Part shown: positions 1 through 13,533 of the stretch, one piece after another
Layout: each line of letters begins with the position of its first letter
Numbering within the stretch: the stretch's first letter is position 1
Assembly (NCBI GenBank): GCA_964016885.1
Contig: OZ024740.1
Coordinates: forward strand, 177,506,001-177,570,000
Source of the DNA: Eledone cirrhosa
Taxonomy: Eukaryota
Reading direction: 5' to 3'
DNA: 64,000 nt
Translations under genes and position numbers: made by a program
Notes under the pieces: model-generated
Databases searched by the model: none
What the model saw: only the letters and a program-made list of their open reading frames with translations
Told to the model about the DNA's origin: nothing

Positions 1-107
1 TGAGGATGAAAGGCAAAGCTAACCTCAGCGGGATTTGAACCCAAAACGTAAAGGGCCATAACTCTATGCAGAAAAGCATGGTGTCTGACACTCTACTGAT
101 ACTGCCA
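1..107 (-). mobile_element. tRNA-derived SINE (family A), partial
   Basis: Reverse complement of the recurrent ggcagtatcggtagagcgtc...gagttcaaatcccgccgagg..tttgcctttcatcc unit; cut off by the window edge. Confidence 0.8.
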
Positions 108-920
108 AATTGGATAAATAATAATTGTACACGAGCCCGACAAATGAGACCATACTTGATTTAATCGGTGTTTGGCATACTTCTACCACCTGGTTGAAAA
201 TATATTACCACGTGTAACAATTGTTATCTTTTGCGGAGTTCCCTCTGTTACAAACATTTATTTCCTGGCCATATCTCGGGTCTGAGGATTACGAACCACG
301 GATCTCGGTCTTTCTCGCCGTTTGTCTCTATCTCTTTCTTTCTTTTTTTCATCCAACACTCACCTACACATATATTCAACCAGAAATCAATGTAAAAATG
401 TTCATGGGTGCTTCTCATTTATCTGAGTAAGCCACATGAAAAGGAAAGGAAAATTCACAAAAAATAGAAATAATGCAAAAGAATACAGATAGGGGAAAGG
501 CATGAAATGACTAGAAATGGCAAAATTGTATTCAAGTAATTGCCATGTGTGATTTATGTTACTAGATTAATCTATGGTTACTTTTTCACTCTTGTCAAAT
601 ATTTCACAAGACTTAATTTGGGAAGAGAGAGAGAGAAAGAAAGAAAGAAAGAGAGAGAAGAGGGGGGGGGGGAGAGATTGAGAATTTAGAAGCGATATAT
701 GCGGAGAGAGATAATGAGAAGGGGAGAGAAAGTGAGAACGGGAGAGAAAATCTAGAAGATGGGGAAGGGTGGGGACTCAGAATTTAAAATTAAAAGAGTT
801 TCAGTCGTTAAAAAAAAGTAGAAAACGTACATACATGTGTGTAACTGTGTATTTGTGAATAGAATCTACACGCAAATGGCAAATTGCTTGCCAACACACA
901 CACACACACACACACTCTCT

Positions 921-1020
<100 letters not shown>

Positions 1021-1373
1021 AATGCAATATAGGGAAGAGAACAAAAGAAATATAAAGTAAAAAAAAATAAGGACACGAAAATTGATAGGCATTAATATCG
1101 CCAGAGTTCGAAAACAGAATGAAGGTTATTGGGTTACCTGCCAAAAATATAGTTTCTTTTGACCTAACCTAACGTTGAGGTCAGAATGACATTGGTCCAG
1201 GTTATTTATTCATTTCTGGAGACAGACGCTAACTGCAATCTGTTTATTCCCACCTTGCAGACGTCAATGCGTAAATGGTCATATGCAAATTCCCAAGATC
1301 TGCACATTCACCAATTTTACTCGTACGCACGCATACACACACACACACGCACACACACACATACATATATATA

Positions 1374-1433
<60 letters not shown>

Positions 1434-1460
1434 TATTTAATTATATTTATATATATGTAT

Positions 1461-1514
<54 letters not shown>

Positions 1515-1811
1515 ATATAATGCCCACATCGAAACTTATGTTAGGGCTACTTCTAATATAAACACACACATACACACACACACACACCTACATACGTGCA
1601 TACATAATACATACCTACATACGTGCATACATAATACATACCTACATACTTACATACATACACAAACACACTCAGATGCACGCTCACACATACACACACA
1701 CACACACACACATATATATTAGATAGATAGACAGATATATGCCGGATAGCTCAAAGTCAACCGGCTAAATGCTAGGCCCTCATATCGAAAATCTTCGAGG
1801 CTGCTTTTTTT

Positions 1812-1993
1812 TTGGCAGTATCGGTGGAGGGTCGGACGCCATGCTTTCCAGCATAGTTACGTCCCTTTACGATCTGAGTTCAAATCCCGCCGAGGTTGAC
1901 TTTGCCTTTCATCCTTACGGGGTCGATAAAATAAAGTACCAGTAATGCACTGGGTAATTGCTGGCCTTGTGCCTAAAGTAGAAACAATTATTA
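1812..1993 (+). mobile_element. tRNA-derived SINE (family A)
   Basis: A-box-like tggcagtatcgg, B box gagttcaaatcc, central gccgaggttgactttgcctttcatccttacggggtcgataaaataaagtacc (resembles the Nin/Deu SINE domain), (att)n tail; more than 10 copies in the window. Confidence 0.85.
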
Positions 1994-2271
1994 ATATTGC
2001 TGCCTGATGAACTCAGGTCGATAGATAGTTGTAAACACACCACCTATACATTGACCCCAGTGAAATGTATATGATATCTAATTAACATTAGATTACTGTA
2101 TATAATAGATTAGAAAATTAGGTAAATTTTCCTTTCGAGGCGTAAAAGGTAGACAAAGGTGTCTATAGAAATAAAATTCGTATATCTCGTGTACGTTTCG
2201 AGTGCTTTACCATTACGCTAATGTGACGACTGTCAGTTTCGGGATACGATAATATACAGCACAATTTAGAG

Positions 2272-2400
2272 CACCGGTCGCCAACCACTGGTCCGCGAGA
2301 AAACTTTGGTGGTCCGCAGAAAAATGTTAATGTATTTATCTGTTTTAAAAAATTCCTATTCGTGGTCCGCAGGATTTGAAACTATGAATTTAGTGGTTCC
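2272..2400. mobile_element. hAT-like MITE fragment
   Basis: caccggtcgccaacc end-like motif and repeated gtggtccgc subterminal motifs; the other end was not found. Confidence 0.35.
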
Positions 2401-2918
2401 ATGAGATCATAAGGTATATTTATATCTGGTATGTAAATATACCTTATGAATTATTGAAGCGCTGGGTGTGTTTGGAATTTTAAAATGTGATGATTGCAAA
2501 TTGTAATATACTCGTACGTTATTCGATATATAGGGTGTTCGATACCTCGTATGCTCCATTGTCCATTTTCTTCCATCTCTCTGGTTAATTTACTTATTTT
2601 TCTAGAATACTATCTATAGTGTTCGACTGCCATGACATATGGGATTTTGGCGTAAAATCTTGTCCTCCTCTATGGTGCAAAGATTGCATGGGTTATTATT
2701 CTACTTATATAATTAACTATTGAGAGTAATCTCCTTTTATGGGGTGAAGGTTTTTTGTTTCTCTTTAAGTATAATATGTAAGTAGCTAATGTCGCCAATT
2801 TCCTACTGTTAGGGTTATTAAAGGAATGTATGTGTGAATAAAAACATGCCTTGAATGGAATCGATGGAATAAATATGTATTAACGCTGTAATTAGTGGTG
2901 ACTATATATATATATATA

Positions 2919-2974
<56 letters not shown>

Positions 2975-3007
2975 CACACCTGTGTGTGTTAGTATGTATG
3001 TATATGC

Positions 3008-3065
<58 letters not shown>

Positions 3066-3374
3066 ATATATTTATGTATGTTTGTATCATTTAACGTGCT
3101 AAATGCTAGCTGTGACTTGCAGTCATTTGACATTATTTGTCTCTGTAACGTTACTTATCTGTGTGCGTGCGTTTGGTGTCAATCTAATAAGTTTCTGCAT
3201 TGCTGTTGAGGAATTACGGCTGTCGCCAGCTTCCGGTTTGATGTTTGTTTAAAACATTAGAGTCACTTTGTATTTATCTTCATTGTCTATCCCTGATATT
3301 TCTCTGCAGATTTTGTTTTTGTTGTTGTTCCATACATTTTTTACGGGCAAACTAATCCTTCATTATGTAGTGAC

Positions 3375-3520
3375 ACGAGCTGCTAGAAATAGCAGTAAAA
3401 TCACCCTTAAATTACAACGACAGAGCACATGAGATAATGTAGATTTAATTAATTAAAATACAAGATGTTGACGGCTGGAAGATTTTTCACCATATTTGGG
3501 GCTAAGCAACAAACAATAAT
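3375..3520 (+). repeat. Interspersed repeat (gctagaaatagcag..aaatc family)
   Basis: Related degenerate copies at about 20200-20340(-), 48420-48590, 49810-49970 and 50295-50330(-). Confidence 0.55.
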
Positions 3521-3721
3521 ACATATCTTTTCTTACGGCATTTCATCAACGAACGATTACTGGAAATTTCCATCTTAAGAGCATTATGCTTGTTATGAAA
3601 TTCGTAGTGGAATACATGTGTGGTTTACGGTGGCTTACATTCGGGGGTTCTATACTTTCTTTTACAACGAACCATCTTGTAATTTGTAGCTAATTCTGAG
3701 GCATATATACACGGGGACGAA

Positions 3722-3870
3722 TTGGCAAAGTCGTTAGAACGTCGGATAGAATGGTTTGTGGTATTCGTTCCAGCCCTCTGCTCTCGAAGGTCAAATCCCA
3801 CCCAGTTTAACTTTGCCATTCATCCTTTCGAGGTCTATAAAAAAAGTACCAGTCTAGTACTGGGGTCGAT
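3722..3870 (+). mobile_element. tRNA-derived SINE (family A), diverged
   Basis: tggcaaagtcgttagaac...tcaaatccc...actttgccattcatcctttcgaggtctataaaaaaagtaccag. Confidence 0.75.
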
Positions 3871-4172
3871 TCTTCCTCTATATCTCTTTCTCATTTCCAC
3901 TTTCTATGTCTCTGGAGGAAATCTGCTGTACTTAGGCCTGGAGAGGGATGGGCTCCGCCAGGATTAAAATGCCCAAGGAACGCTGTATGACAATACGGTG
4001 GCCCTATGACTCTATCAGGAGTTACGGGACCTTACATACATACATATACACACACATACATAAACACTCACATACACATATAAATATATATGGTTGTGTG
4101 GTTAAAATGAAAATATTAAAAACACGTGGGAGAAATATAGGAAAGAGAAAATACATATATATATATATATAT

Positions 4173-4345
4173 AGGAAAATGTTTACCCCGACGGCTATTT
4201 CTGGACTCCAGAAATAGCCGTCGAAACGGCTTGAGCTCTGCCGTCGGGGTAAACATTTTTCTATTACCCACTCTACTACCCTAAGTATTGAGTACTCTGG
4301 TGCGTTATGGTCCATCTGGTTCCTTACCACACTTCCTTCGATTTA
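4173..4345 (+). mobile_element. Non-autonomous PLE-type mini-insert (family P1) with the 3' half of a hammerhead
   Basis: Sits between (TA)n tracts; fold-back arms; GAAA-CGGC..GCCG-UC-GGGGU; extension with GAGTACTC; homologs at 35763-35822, 36061-36198 and 56661-56836. Confidence 0.65.
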
Positions 4346-4405
4346 TTTATATATATATATATATATACAGATGAGACATCGATCTTTGTCTTTCTTCTTC
4401 CTTTT

Positions 4406-4451
<46 letters not shown>

Positions 4452-4654
4452 TCATCCCCTCCTACTGTATCACTTCCATCTGTTTCACCCACGCACCGCC
4501 CTCCTCTCCAGACATATATCATTGCAAGACTTATCATTATCTAAGACATCATAATGAAAGGTAATTGCTGTTGTTGGACGAAGACTACATCCGTTCTATT
4601 TCAATATATAGATAACACACACGCACACGCAGGCGCACTTACACACACATTACT

Positions 4655-4688
<34 letters not shown>

Positions 4689-4728
4689 ATATATATATAT
4701 ATACACACACGCACACAAACACACACAA

Positions 4729-4837
<109 letters not shown>

Positions 4838-5037
4838 TATATATATATATGTGTGTGTGTGTGTTACTAGTTAAGACTAGTATGACCAGTGTTCTGTTTA
4901 GTATTCTATACTTGAGGAAGTAGTGTCAAACATACCTACACAGACACAGAGACACACACAAACACACAAAAATACACACACACAAACACACTAACACACA
5001 CACATGTACATATACATATACACACAAACACACACAC

Positions 5038-5075
<38 letters not shown>

Positions 5076-5124
5076 TTGCATACATACATAAATACATACA
5101 TAATTAAAATTAAACAAAATAAAA

Positions 5125-5632
5125 AAACAAATGAGGAGGAATATGTTGAGACAGGTGGTACTAAGGAATACTGGTGGAACCTGAATAAAAATTGCAACCA
5201 AATTAAAGCACAACCTGTCTGATATTGTTGTTTGGGACCACATATTAAAAACATGCTCCGTTGTAGAGATCAACTGCCCACTTGATATCAACGTTGTAAG
5301 AAAAATACAGGAGATGGAGGACATCTACGGACCATTGATGAGGTGTGTGTAGATCCAGTATCTAAGATACACCTTCAGCTTCATACCCAACATTATTGGA
5401 GCTACAGGTTATATACCAACCCGCTTGGACCAAAGTATGACTGAACTTGGATTTGTGGACAACGCGTGCAGTTCCATAATTCATAGACTACAAATGGCTG
5501 CGATAGCTGGCACCTTCAAAATTTGCAAAACATTCTTGCGATTCAAGGGATGACAATTTCTATTCTTTTACAACCTTGCCACCAGGAAGGTGGCCGGTCA
5601 AATATGTACTCGAAATTAAGAGAAAGAGAAAC
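5125..5632 (+). mobile_element. 5'-truncated non-LTR retrotransposon (R4/Dong-like), restriction-like endonuclease C-terminus
   Basis: Manual translation from about 5206: KHNLSDIVVWD..CSVVEINCPLDINV..YGPL..*..FIPNIIGATG..KICKTFLRFKG*, matching the REL PD..E..P..K pattern; ends in (atac)n. Confidence 0.75.
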
Positions 5633-5853
5633 ATACATATATATGTATTTATTATATAGGTATGTTTGAAGTTGTGGGTGTATATGTGCGTCTTGAGTTA
5701 TCTCACTACTTGTGTTTTATTTCATTTCTTTTCATCACTTTTGTATTCTTTAACAATGTCATCTAACAACTGAGCTCCCACTCTCTCCTTTCTCTCACAC
5801 GCATACGCTCACTCACAAATATATGTTTATTTATATGTATTCATTTGTGAATA

Positions 5854-6175
<322 letters not shown>

Positions 6176-7574
6176 CATGTTAGCGGGTCGGTAAACAAAA
6201 TAAGGGAGAAATAGGATCGCATAAATGATATACAACAAATAAACAAAGAATTGAAAGGGGGAGAAGGGGACAAAAGATTAAAAAATACTGATAGAAATTT
6301 CCGAAATATATAAACAGCATACAAAACAAAAATGAATCTACTAATGAATATAGATTAATAGATTAAATAGATCAATGAGAAAAACCCCCCAAAAAAACCC
6401 CCAAAAAATTAACAAACGACATGGGCTACGGAATTCTCAGGTATTCGAAATATATTGATGATGTTGAAACAGGAGTTTGAGACAAAAATAAAACTAACAA
6501 GAAACCATCGCTTCAACAAGCAAACAAGCAGAGAAACAAATATCTTTTTTTTTTCCTGCTTTATTTTAAATAAAGGTGTGAGTTTATTCTGGTTATTCAC
6601 ATCGGTAGTTTTAGGATTAACTAACTTATTAGCATTACAAATATAGTTATTGATAAAGGGTTTATAAAAAGTAAATATAGTTTAATAGAAAAAGAATAAA
6701 TAGAAAATTTAGATAGAGAAGAATGGAATGTAATATAGGAAAATATAAAGAAAAAAGAGTAAAATAATATAAAAAGAAAACAGGAAGGGGATGTTCTTAT
6801 ATATTATTTTAAAGAAAGAAAGATATTTAATCCGACAATAATCAGATAGATGAAATAATGAGTAACTACAGGAATGAAGGACTATAAAATAATTAGAAAA
6901 ACACTACAAACATTTAAGAACGGAAAAAGAAGGGAAAGGCAAAGGTTCTAGGATCACAGAAAATAGGAGTAGGAAGAGGGGTGATAGGCTCTGGGCATAG
7001 GGCGCCGCGTTGTTGGGGCTTCGCCCCATGGACAAGACTGAAAAGCATTTCCGTGGACAATGGCTACGACACCCGCTGCAACAGCCACCCCACCTCGCGG
7101 GATTCCTTCCTCAGACGGGCTGTTGACGTTCCGATCTTACGGAGTAGCTCGACAGTACGGGGTATGAGTAAGCCTGAGGTCTCTACGGTGACCGTTGCGG
7201 CCGGACAATTTCTAGTATTTATTTGTCTTTCTTCTGCATTGCGGGCCGCATTACTGGGGTTTGTGGCCGAAGCGATTAAGATGGAGATGTGTCCATGTTT
7301 TTGATTTTTTTCCTTTATTTCATACTTCAATTCGCTAATAAATAATTTCGGAATGGATAAAAAATATATACAAACATACAAAGAGAAAGATCGTGAGCTG
7401 ATTTGTCCAGATTGAAGCAATGAAACTATGTTTCCCTTGATCTTTCCCATTGATGATAATAGTTGTTGGTCGCCATTCCTGACAGTAGCGTCACCAGTTT
7501 TCTTTTGACAGGAATTTGAATTCGGAATTTACAGATAACGCATTTGAACGCAAAATCGGTAAAGATACCATCGC

Positions 7575-7705
7575 TTTAACAATTTGGTACTTTATTTATC
7601 GACCTCGAATGAATGAAAGGCAACGTATTTGCTCTCAGAAGAGTCCGAATAAATACAAGAAAATATTATTTCTGCTGCTCTAATGACTCCGCCAATTTGG
7701 CGCCT
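7575..7705 (-). mobile_element. tRNA-derived SINE (family A), degenerate
   Basis: tggtactttatttatcgacctcgaatgaatgaaaggcaa...ctccgccaa. Confidence 0.6.
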
Positions 7706-7963
7706 AAGTATAGAAATAAACAAAAACATTAATACAACAAAAATATATGACAAATAAATCATCTAAAAAGTATAAAGAAGAAAATAATTATAACGGACGG
7801 ACGGCACATGTTTATTTATATTTTCATACATGATACGGTGCGCCATTTTGTTTTTAATCTTTTATATTAATATTATATTCTTTTTATTCTTTTGCACTGA
7901 TTTCAGCCTCAATCTTCTCATCATCAAAGAGTCACTTTCAATAGGTTTCTCATTTTGTGATGT

Positions 7964-8033
<70 letters not shown>

Positions 8034-8383
8034 ATCCATATTCATAGATATATAAATGTACCTTTATTTGTATGTGAATGTATATCACTAATTATGATCA
8101 AATTGATTTTGTGATTATTGGCAATGTCATATTCTAGCTTACATAAATATCCTATTTTACTATAAAAGTTACCACCCTGGTGATAAATGCCCCTTGAAAG
8201 ATTGATTAACCCCATAGAAGAGTTCATATAGCCTGTCAGGGAGTATTGTTACCTACATAATCATTCCTTTCATCCACCCTTCTCCCGCACTTTTATCTAT
8301 GTATTCATCTACCTATGTACATATCCATCTACCTATTTATCTATCTGTCATTTTACCTTTATAAATATCAATTTTTCTCTCTC

Positions 8384-8417
<34 letters not shown>

Positions 8418-8458
8418 CCTCCCTATATATGTATATATATACACACACACACACACAG

Positions 8459-8493
<35 letters not shown>

Positions 8494-8583
8494 CATATAT
8501 ATATGCACATAAATTATATATTAGTGTGTGCGGATGGGGGAGAGAGAGAGAGAGGTAGAGAGGAGCGAGAACAAATAGATGAT

Positions 8584-8625
<42 letters not shown>

Positions 8626-8633
<8 letters not shown>

Positions 8634-9453
8634 GAGAAGAAAGAAGAATACTGCGTGGTTTGCACATGGGTTACATATGATAAAAATAGTCCTTCGTCAG
8701 TGATTTTCCAACCATCATTGGTATTTCATCGCATTAAAAATCAGATACCTCAGGCTGGTGCGAGCAATAACTAAAAAAAGTTATTGGGACCAGAATTCGC
8801 GTAAGGCGAGGGGGACAAGTAAACAACATAGAAGGATAGAAGCAAACCGAAGATAGGAAAATAAACAAGCAACATGGTTGTCCGGTCAGCATAAGATGGG
8901 TGGATTTCATGAGCGAGAGAGGTACAGACCGTGTTGATGTGTGTGAGATGTGAGCAAGAAAAGACCCACACAAGCCAAACGGGAGGAAGTGAGAAGGGGA
9001 GAAACAGAGAGTGAGTGAGTGGAAGTGTGAGGAAGAGGTCAGTCGAGAGAAAGTGTAACTGACAGAGGAGGCGAAAGAATGTGAGAGAAACAGAGAGAGC
9101 GGAGAAGCAGTAAGAGAGAAAGAGACAAACGCAGCGGAGGTAAATATATATAAAAAACATGAGAAGAAAGAAGAATATTGCGTGGTTTGCACATGGGTTA
9201 CATATGATAAAAATAGTCCTTCGTCAGTGATTTTCCAACCATCATTGGTATTTCATCGCATTAAAAATCAGATACCTCAGGTTGGTGCGAGCAATAACTA
9301 AAAAAAGTTATTGGGACCAGAATTCACGTAAGGCGAGGGGGACAAGTAAACAACATAGAAGGATAAAAGCAAACCGAAGATAGGAAAATAAACAAGCAAC
9401 ATGGTTGTCCGGTCAGCATAAGCTGGGTGGATTTCATGAGCGAGAGAGGTACA
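8626..9453 (-). repeat. Partial-tandem element: ~300-bp direct repeats (8626-8926, 9153-9453; offset 527) around a purine-rich spacer
   Basis: Near-identical repeats read directly; minus strand has CTGACGAAGG; same layout as 26051-26720. Confidence 0.85.
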
Positions 9454-9485
9454 ATAAATGAAAACTATATTTATAAAACCATATT

Positions 9486-9551
9486 TATTTTATTATATAT
9501 ATTTCAAGGGCAACCAAAGTAAATTATGGTGCGCTTTCATCAGATAAAATA
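9486..9551 (-). ncRNA. Type I hammerhead ribozyme motif
   Basis: TATTTTAT-CTGATGA-AAGCGCACCA..TGGTTGCCCTT-GAAA-TATATA-TA-ATAAAATA: 8-bp helix I, imperfect helix II, minimal helix III with a palindromic loop. Confidence 0.75.
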
Positions 9552-9602
9552 CAGATTGTTAAAATACAGATTGTTGAGTCCCAACAAATTAAATATAACC
9601 TC

Positions 9603-9637
<35 letters not shown>

Positions 9638-9668
9638 TATATACATATGTATTGAGTGTGCGTATATA

Positions 9669-10893
9669 CTGTGTGTACCAAATAAAATCATCCGATTTCA
9701 AAAGGCTATATTTTTTAGAAAATAAACATAATATGATGCGGTAACTTGTACAATACACGTATGAATATAATCTTTTATTTACAATGTTTACTAATGCTCA
9801 ATGTGCCCTCCCCTGGGCACACGGCATACATCTACGCGACTGAGTATGTCTTATTTTACTACAGCCACTGGTCTTGTTATGAGTCATTCACAAATGCCTA
9901 CAAGAAAAAAAAATCACTCACAGTAAGATCGGACGAACTTGGTGGCTAGTCGTGAAGTGAAAAATCAGTAGCAAATTTACGGCCGATCCATCGTGTTAAG
10001 AAATGCTCGTACATGCCTGTGACAGTGTGGTGGGGCTCTCTCCTGTTGCAAAATGAAAACATCGAAATCTGCTTGGAATTCCAGATGAAACCATTTCTGC
10101 AACATTTCGAGATATGAGATTCCCGTAACACTATTTTCTGCAGAAAAGTATGGACCGTAAACCTTATGTTGGGAGACGGCACAAAAGTTTTTGGGTGTCT
10201 CGCTCATGCTCGACTATTGCACGTGGCTGTTCTGATTCCCAAATTCTTATGTTATGGTAGTTCACCTTTTCACTTAGATGGAACGTGGCCTCGTCACTAA
10301 ACACTAAACGCGATAGAAATGTATCATCTTCCACCTCCATGCACAGAAAGAATTCACAGAACTCCACACGTCGTTGTTTATCAGCTACTCAAAGCGTTTG
10401 AAGCAACTGAATCTTGTATGGTTTGAATAACAAACGTCACCGCAAAACACGTCACACAGTCATATGAGGAATTACTGACTCTCCGCTGACACTACGGGTG
10501 GACGTTTTTCGGCTACGCACAAAATTCTGCCGGTTGCGCTCAACGTTTTCGTCGGAAACACGGGGGCAACCTGAAGATTTCCCTTTACATAAACAACAAG
10601 TCTCTTAAAACTCAAATGCTTTGAGCTGTAAGAGGTGCAACACTGTACTGTTTACGAAAATCACATGGCAAAATGTTTGATGTGGAGGATGCTGAAGGCG
10701 TTTTGTTTCTGTCGACATTTTAAGGCTGACTGAAAGTCATGTAAAACTTGTAAATAACTGTATAAAAATTTATCAAAGTTGTAAAAAAGAATAACACTTT
10801 ATATTTAGACATGTACTGTACATGTGTTGTCCAGGTCATTTGTTTAAAAAATATAGACTTTTGAAATCGGATAGCTTTTTTTTAGACACTCTG
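9669..10893 (-). mobile_element. Tc1/mariner DNA transposon (rosa/DD41D-like), degraded
   Basis: Imperfect TIRs (c.g.gtgt...atccgatttcaaaag.ctatatttttta) with TA at both flanks; transposase fragments FSDEATFHLS, FILQQ.RAPPH, RWIGR, PPSSSDLTVSDFFL broken by frameshifts. Confidence 0.85.
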
Positions 10894-10916
10894 TATATAT
10901 ATAAATATGTGTATAT

Positions 10917-10975
<59 letters not shown>

Positions 10976-11132
10976 GATTTAATGCTCTGAAATAGCGATA
11001 TATATGTGAAGACAAACATAGAATATTCGAAAATATTCTGTATGTTTATAATAAACATTTTGAAGACCTAATCGCTATAGAATAGAATACGTCACGTATT
11101 ACAATTTGAGATTCTCGATAAAAGCAAGGGAA

Positions 11133-11175
11133 GTAACCTACGCGTTTCATTCTTATTTGAAATCATCAGGATTAC
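11133..11175 (-). ncRNA. Minimal type I hammerhead ribozyme (unit 1)
   Basis: GTAATC-CTGATGA-TTTCAAATAAGAAT-GAAA-CGCG-TA-GGTTAC; flanked by a perfect 16-bp inverted repeat (11111-11126/11184-11199). Confidence 0.8.
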
Positions 11176-11444
11176 ATATCCAATGCTTTTATCGAGAATG
11201 ACACAGCTAGAGACTTATAGAATACTTAGCTGTGTACAGGAACTGGTTTGAAAGAGCGGTTGCCGGTCCGGCAGAAATTAGAATTTGGATTTAATGCTCT
11301 GAAATAGCGATATATATGTGAAGACAAACATAGAATATTCGAAAATATTCTGTATGTTTATAATAAACATTTTGAAGACCTAATCGCTATAGAATAGAAT
11401 ACGTCACGTATTACAATTTGAGATTCTCGATAAAAGCAAGGGAA

Positions 11445-11487
11445 GTAACCTACGCGTTTCATTCTTATTTGAAATCATCAGGATTAC
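11445..11487 (-). ncRNA. Minimal type I hammerhead ribozyme (unit 2)
   Basis: Identical copy 312 bp from unit 1. Confidence 0.8.
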
Positions 11488-11784
11488 ATATCCAATGCTT
11501 TTATCGAGAATGACACAGCTAGAGACTTATAGAATACTTAGCTGTGTACAGGAACTGGCAACCGCTCTTTCAAACCAGTTCCATATTCATAAGTAAAAGA
11601 CGTGTGAACATTGAATTTCTCGATTTCATAATAACAATGTAATTGTCATGGCTAGAATATAGTTGATTGATTATAGTTATGTCCGATCATATCTAACCTG
11701 CAGCTAAATAATAACTGTTTCTAATTTAGGAGCAAAGCTAACAATTTTGGGAATAGAGGATACATATACATAAATTTGAAATAC

Positions 11785-11844
<60 letters not shown>

Positions 11845-11942
11845 AGTTTTATTTCTGCATGTTTTTGACCTAAATAACGCATTGAGCTTAACACATTTTA
11901 CTTCCACTTTCATTTGCTCTCTATTTTTTATCCCCCCTCTCA

Positions 11943-12036
<94 letters not shown>

Positions 12037-12151
12037 GCACCTCTTACTGCTGAAAGCATTTGAGGTTACCACAAACAGTTTCAAGAGACTGGTTGTTTAA
12101 GTAAAGGGAAATCTACAGGTTTCCGACGAAAATGTTGAGTGCACCCTGCAG

Positions 12152-12193
<42 letters not shown>

Positions 12194-12357
12194 GTGTTTG
12201 TGTGCGTGTGTGTGTGTGTAGATATGAATATGTGTGTATGTGTACACACATATACATACATGCATACCAACAGTACATAAATACTTACATACATAAATAC
12301 ATACATACATACATACATACATACATACATACATACATACATACATACATACATACA

Positions 12358-12772
12358 TGGTGGTGGCTGCCAACTCGTTTTCGAGTACGGCCACTACTTT
12401 ATATCCATGTAGGAAAACTCCTACCGATGTGTTGAACGAGTGTGACTTTTTAGTCCAGCCAGCGACTTGAAAACTCTGGTACAAACACTACACTTGTGAC
12501 AATTATTGACACATAGTGCTGGGCCCATGGTACCATGTAACGACAAGTGCAGAGAGATCTCCAGATATAAAGCAATGCCTGTGCTGTGAAGCTTTTATAG
12601 TGAACAAAGGCACTGCACAAAGCCAGTCCCACTCTCTTAACCAAGATGATATTTACCAAAAAGAAGAACAAGTCAACATCATTGGATACCATCAGGGTTG
12701 CAGGTGTTATATCAGAGTTTTCCTTCTCCTAGAATTGTGCCTTGACAAAGGCTAAGGGGTCATCTCTCCCGG
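12358..12772 (-). mobile_element. Interspersed repeat, RTE-5'UTR/SINE-like (copy 1, truncated)
   Basis: Nearly identical to 33348-33759; contains ctaggagaaggaaaactctga on the minus strand, recalled from RTE-type 5' regions; embedded in (ATAC)n. Confidence 0.6.
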
Positions 12773-12786
12773 ACATATACATATAC

Positions 12787-12823
<37 letters not shown>

Positions 12824-12826
12824 CAC

Positions 12827-12857
<31 letters not shown>

Positions 12858-13019
12858 GATACATACATATATACATACATATATACATATATACATACAT
12901 ATATATATACATACATACATGCATACATACATACATACATACATACATACATACATACATACATACATACATACATACATACATACACATACACATACAC
13001 ATATATATATATATACATA

Positions 13020-13051
<32 letters not shown>

Positions 13052-13159
13052 CTTACACACATACATATGTATATATATATATATACACATACATATATAT
13101 ATACACATATACATATACACATATAGATATACACATACATACATACATACATACATACA

Positions 13160-13192
<33 letters not shown>

Positions 13193-13533
13193 GACATATA
13201 CGGTCACATTACATAATCGTGCGACTAAAACAAGATTTGTAACTTTAGAACAAGTCTCTCCTCTTAATAAGCCATCATTAACAATAGAGAAAGGGACAAG
13301 CCTAATGATTAATTAAACTCCTACCTGATTACTGACACACTCGGATTTTCCAGCTTCATATTGCGAGATAATCCTTTAAATACATTGCCATTATGATTAC
13401 AGGTATTTTATTCTACTCGACACCGTTCATCATGCCCATTACAATCCTGCGCCTCATTATAATCACCGTCGTCGTGGTTGTTACCAGTGTTTTCATTGTT
13501 GTCATTATCATCATCACTATTTATTATGATTAT

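Larger units (their letters stand above)
10971..11582 (-). repeat. 312-bp tandem repeat (about 2 units), one hammerhead per unit; retrozyme/pLTR-like
   Basis: atttggatttaatgctctg at 10971 and 11283; units essentially identical up to about 11246/11558. Confidence 0.9.

Noticed and set aside
1998-2045. CTGATGA after the SINE as a hammerhead core
   Set aside because: No GAAA and no complementary helix I or III
2180-2250. Minus-strand gcactcGAAAcgta motif
   Set aside because: Core CUGANGA is absent and the helices are not convincing
6950-7480. GC-richer segment with 107-128-aa ORFs, possibly LINE ORF1 or a host exon
   Set aside because: No recognisable motif; cannot be assigned without a search
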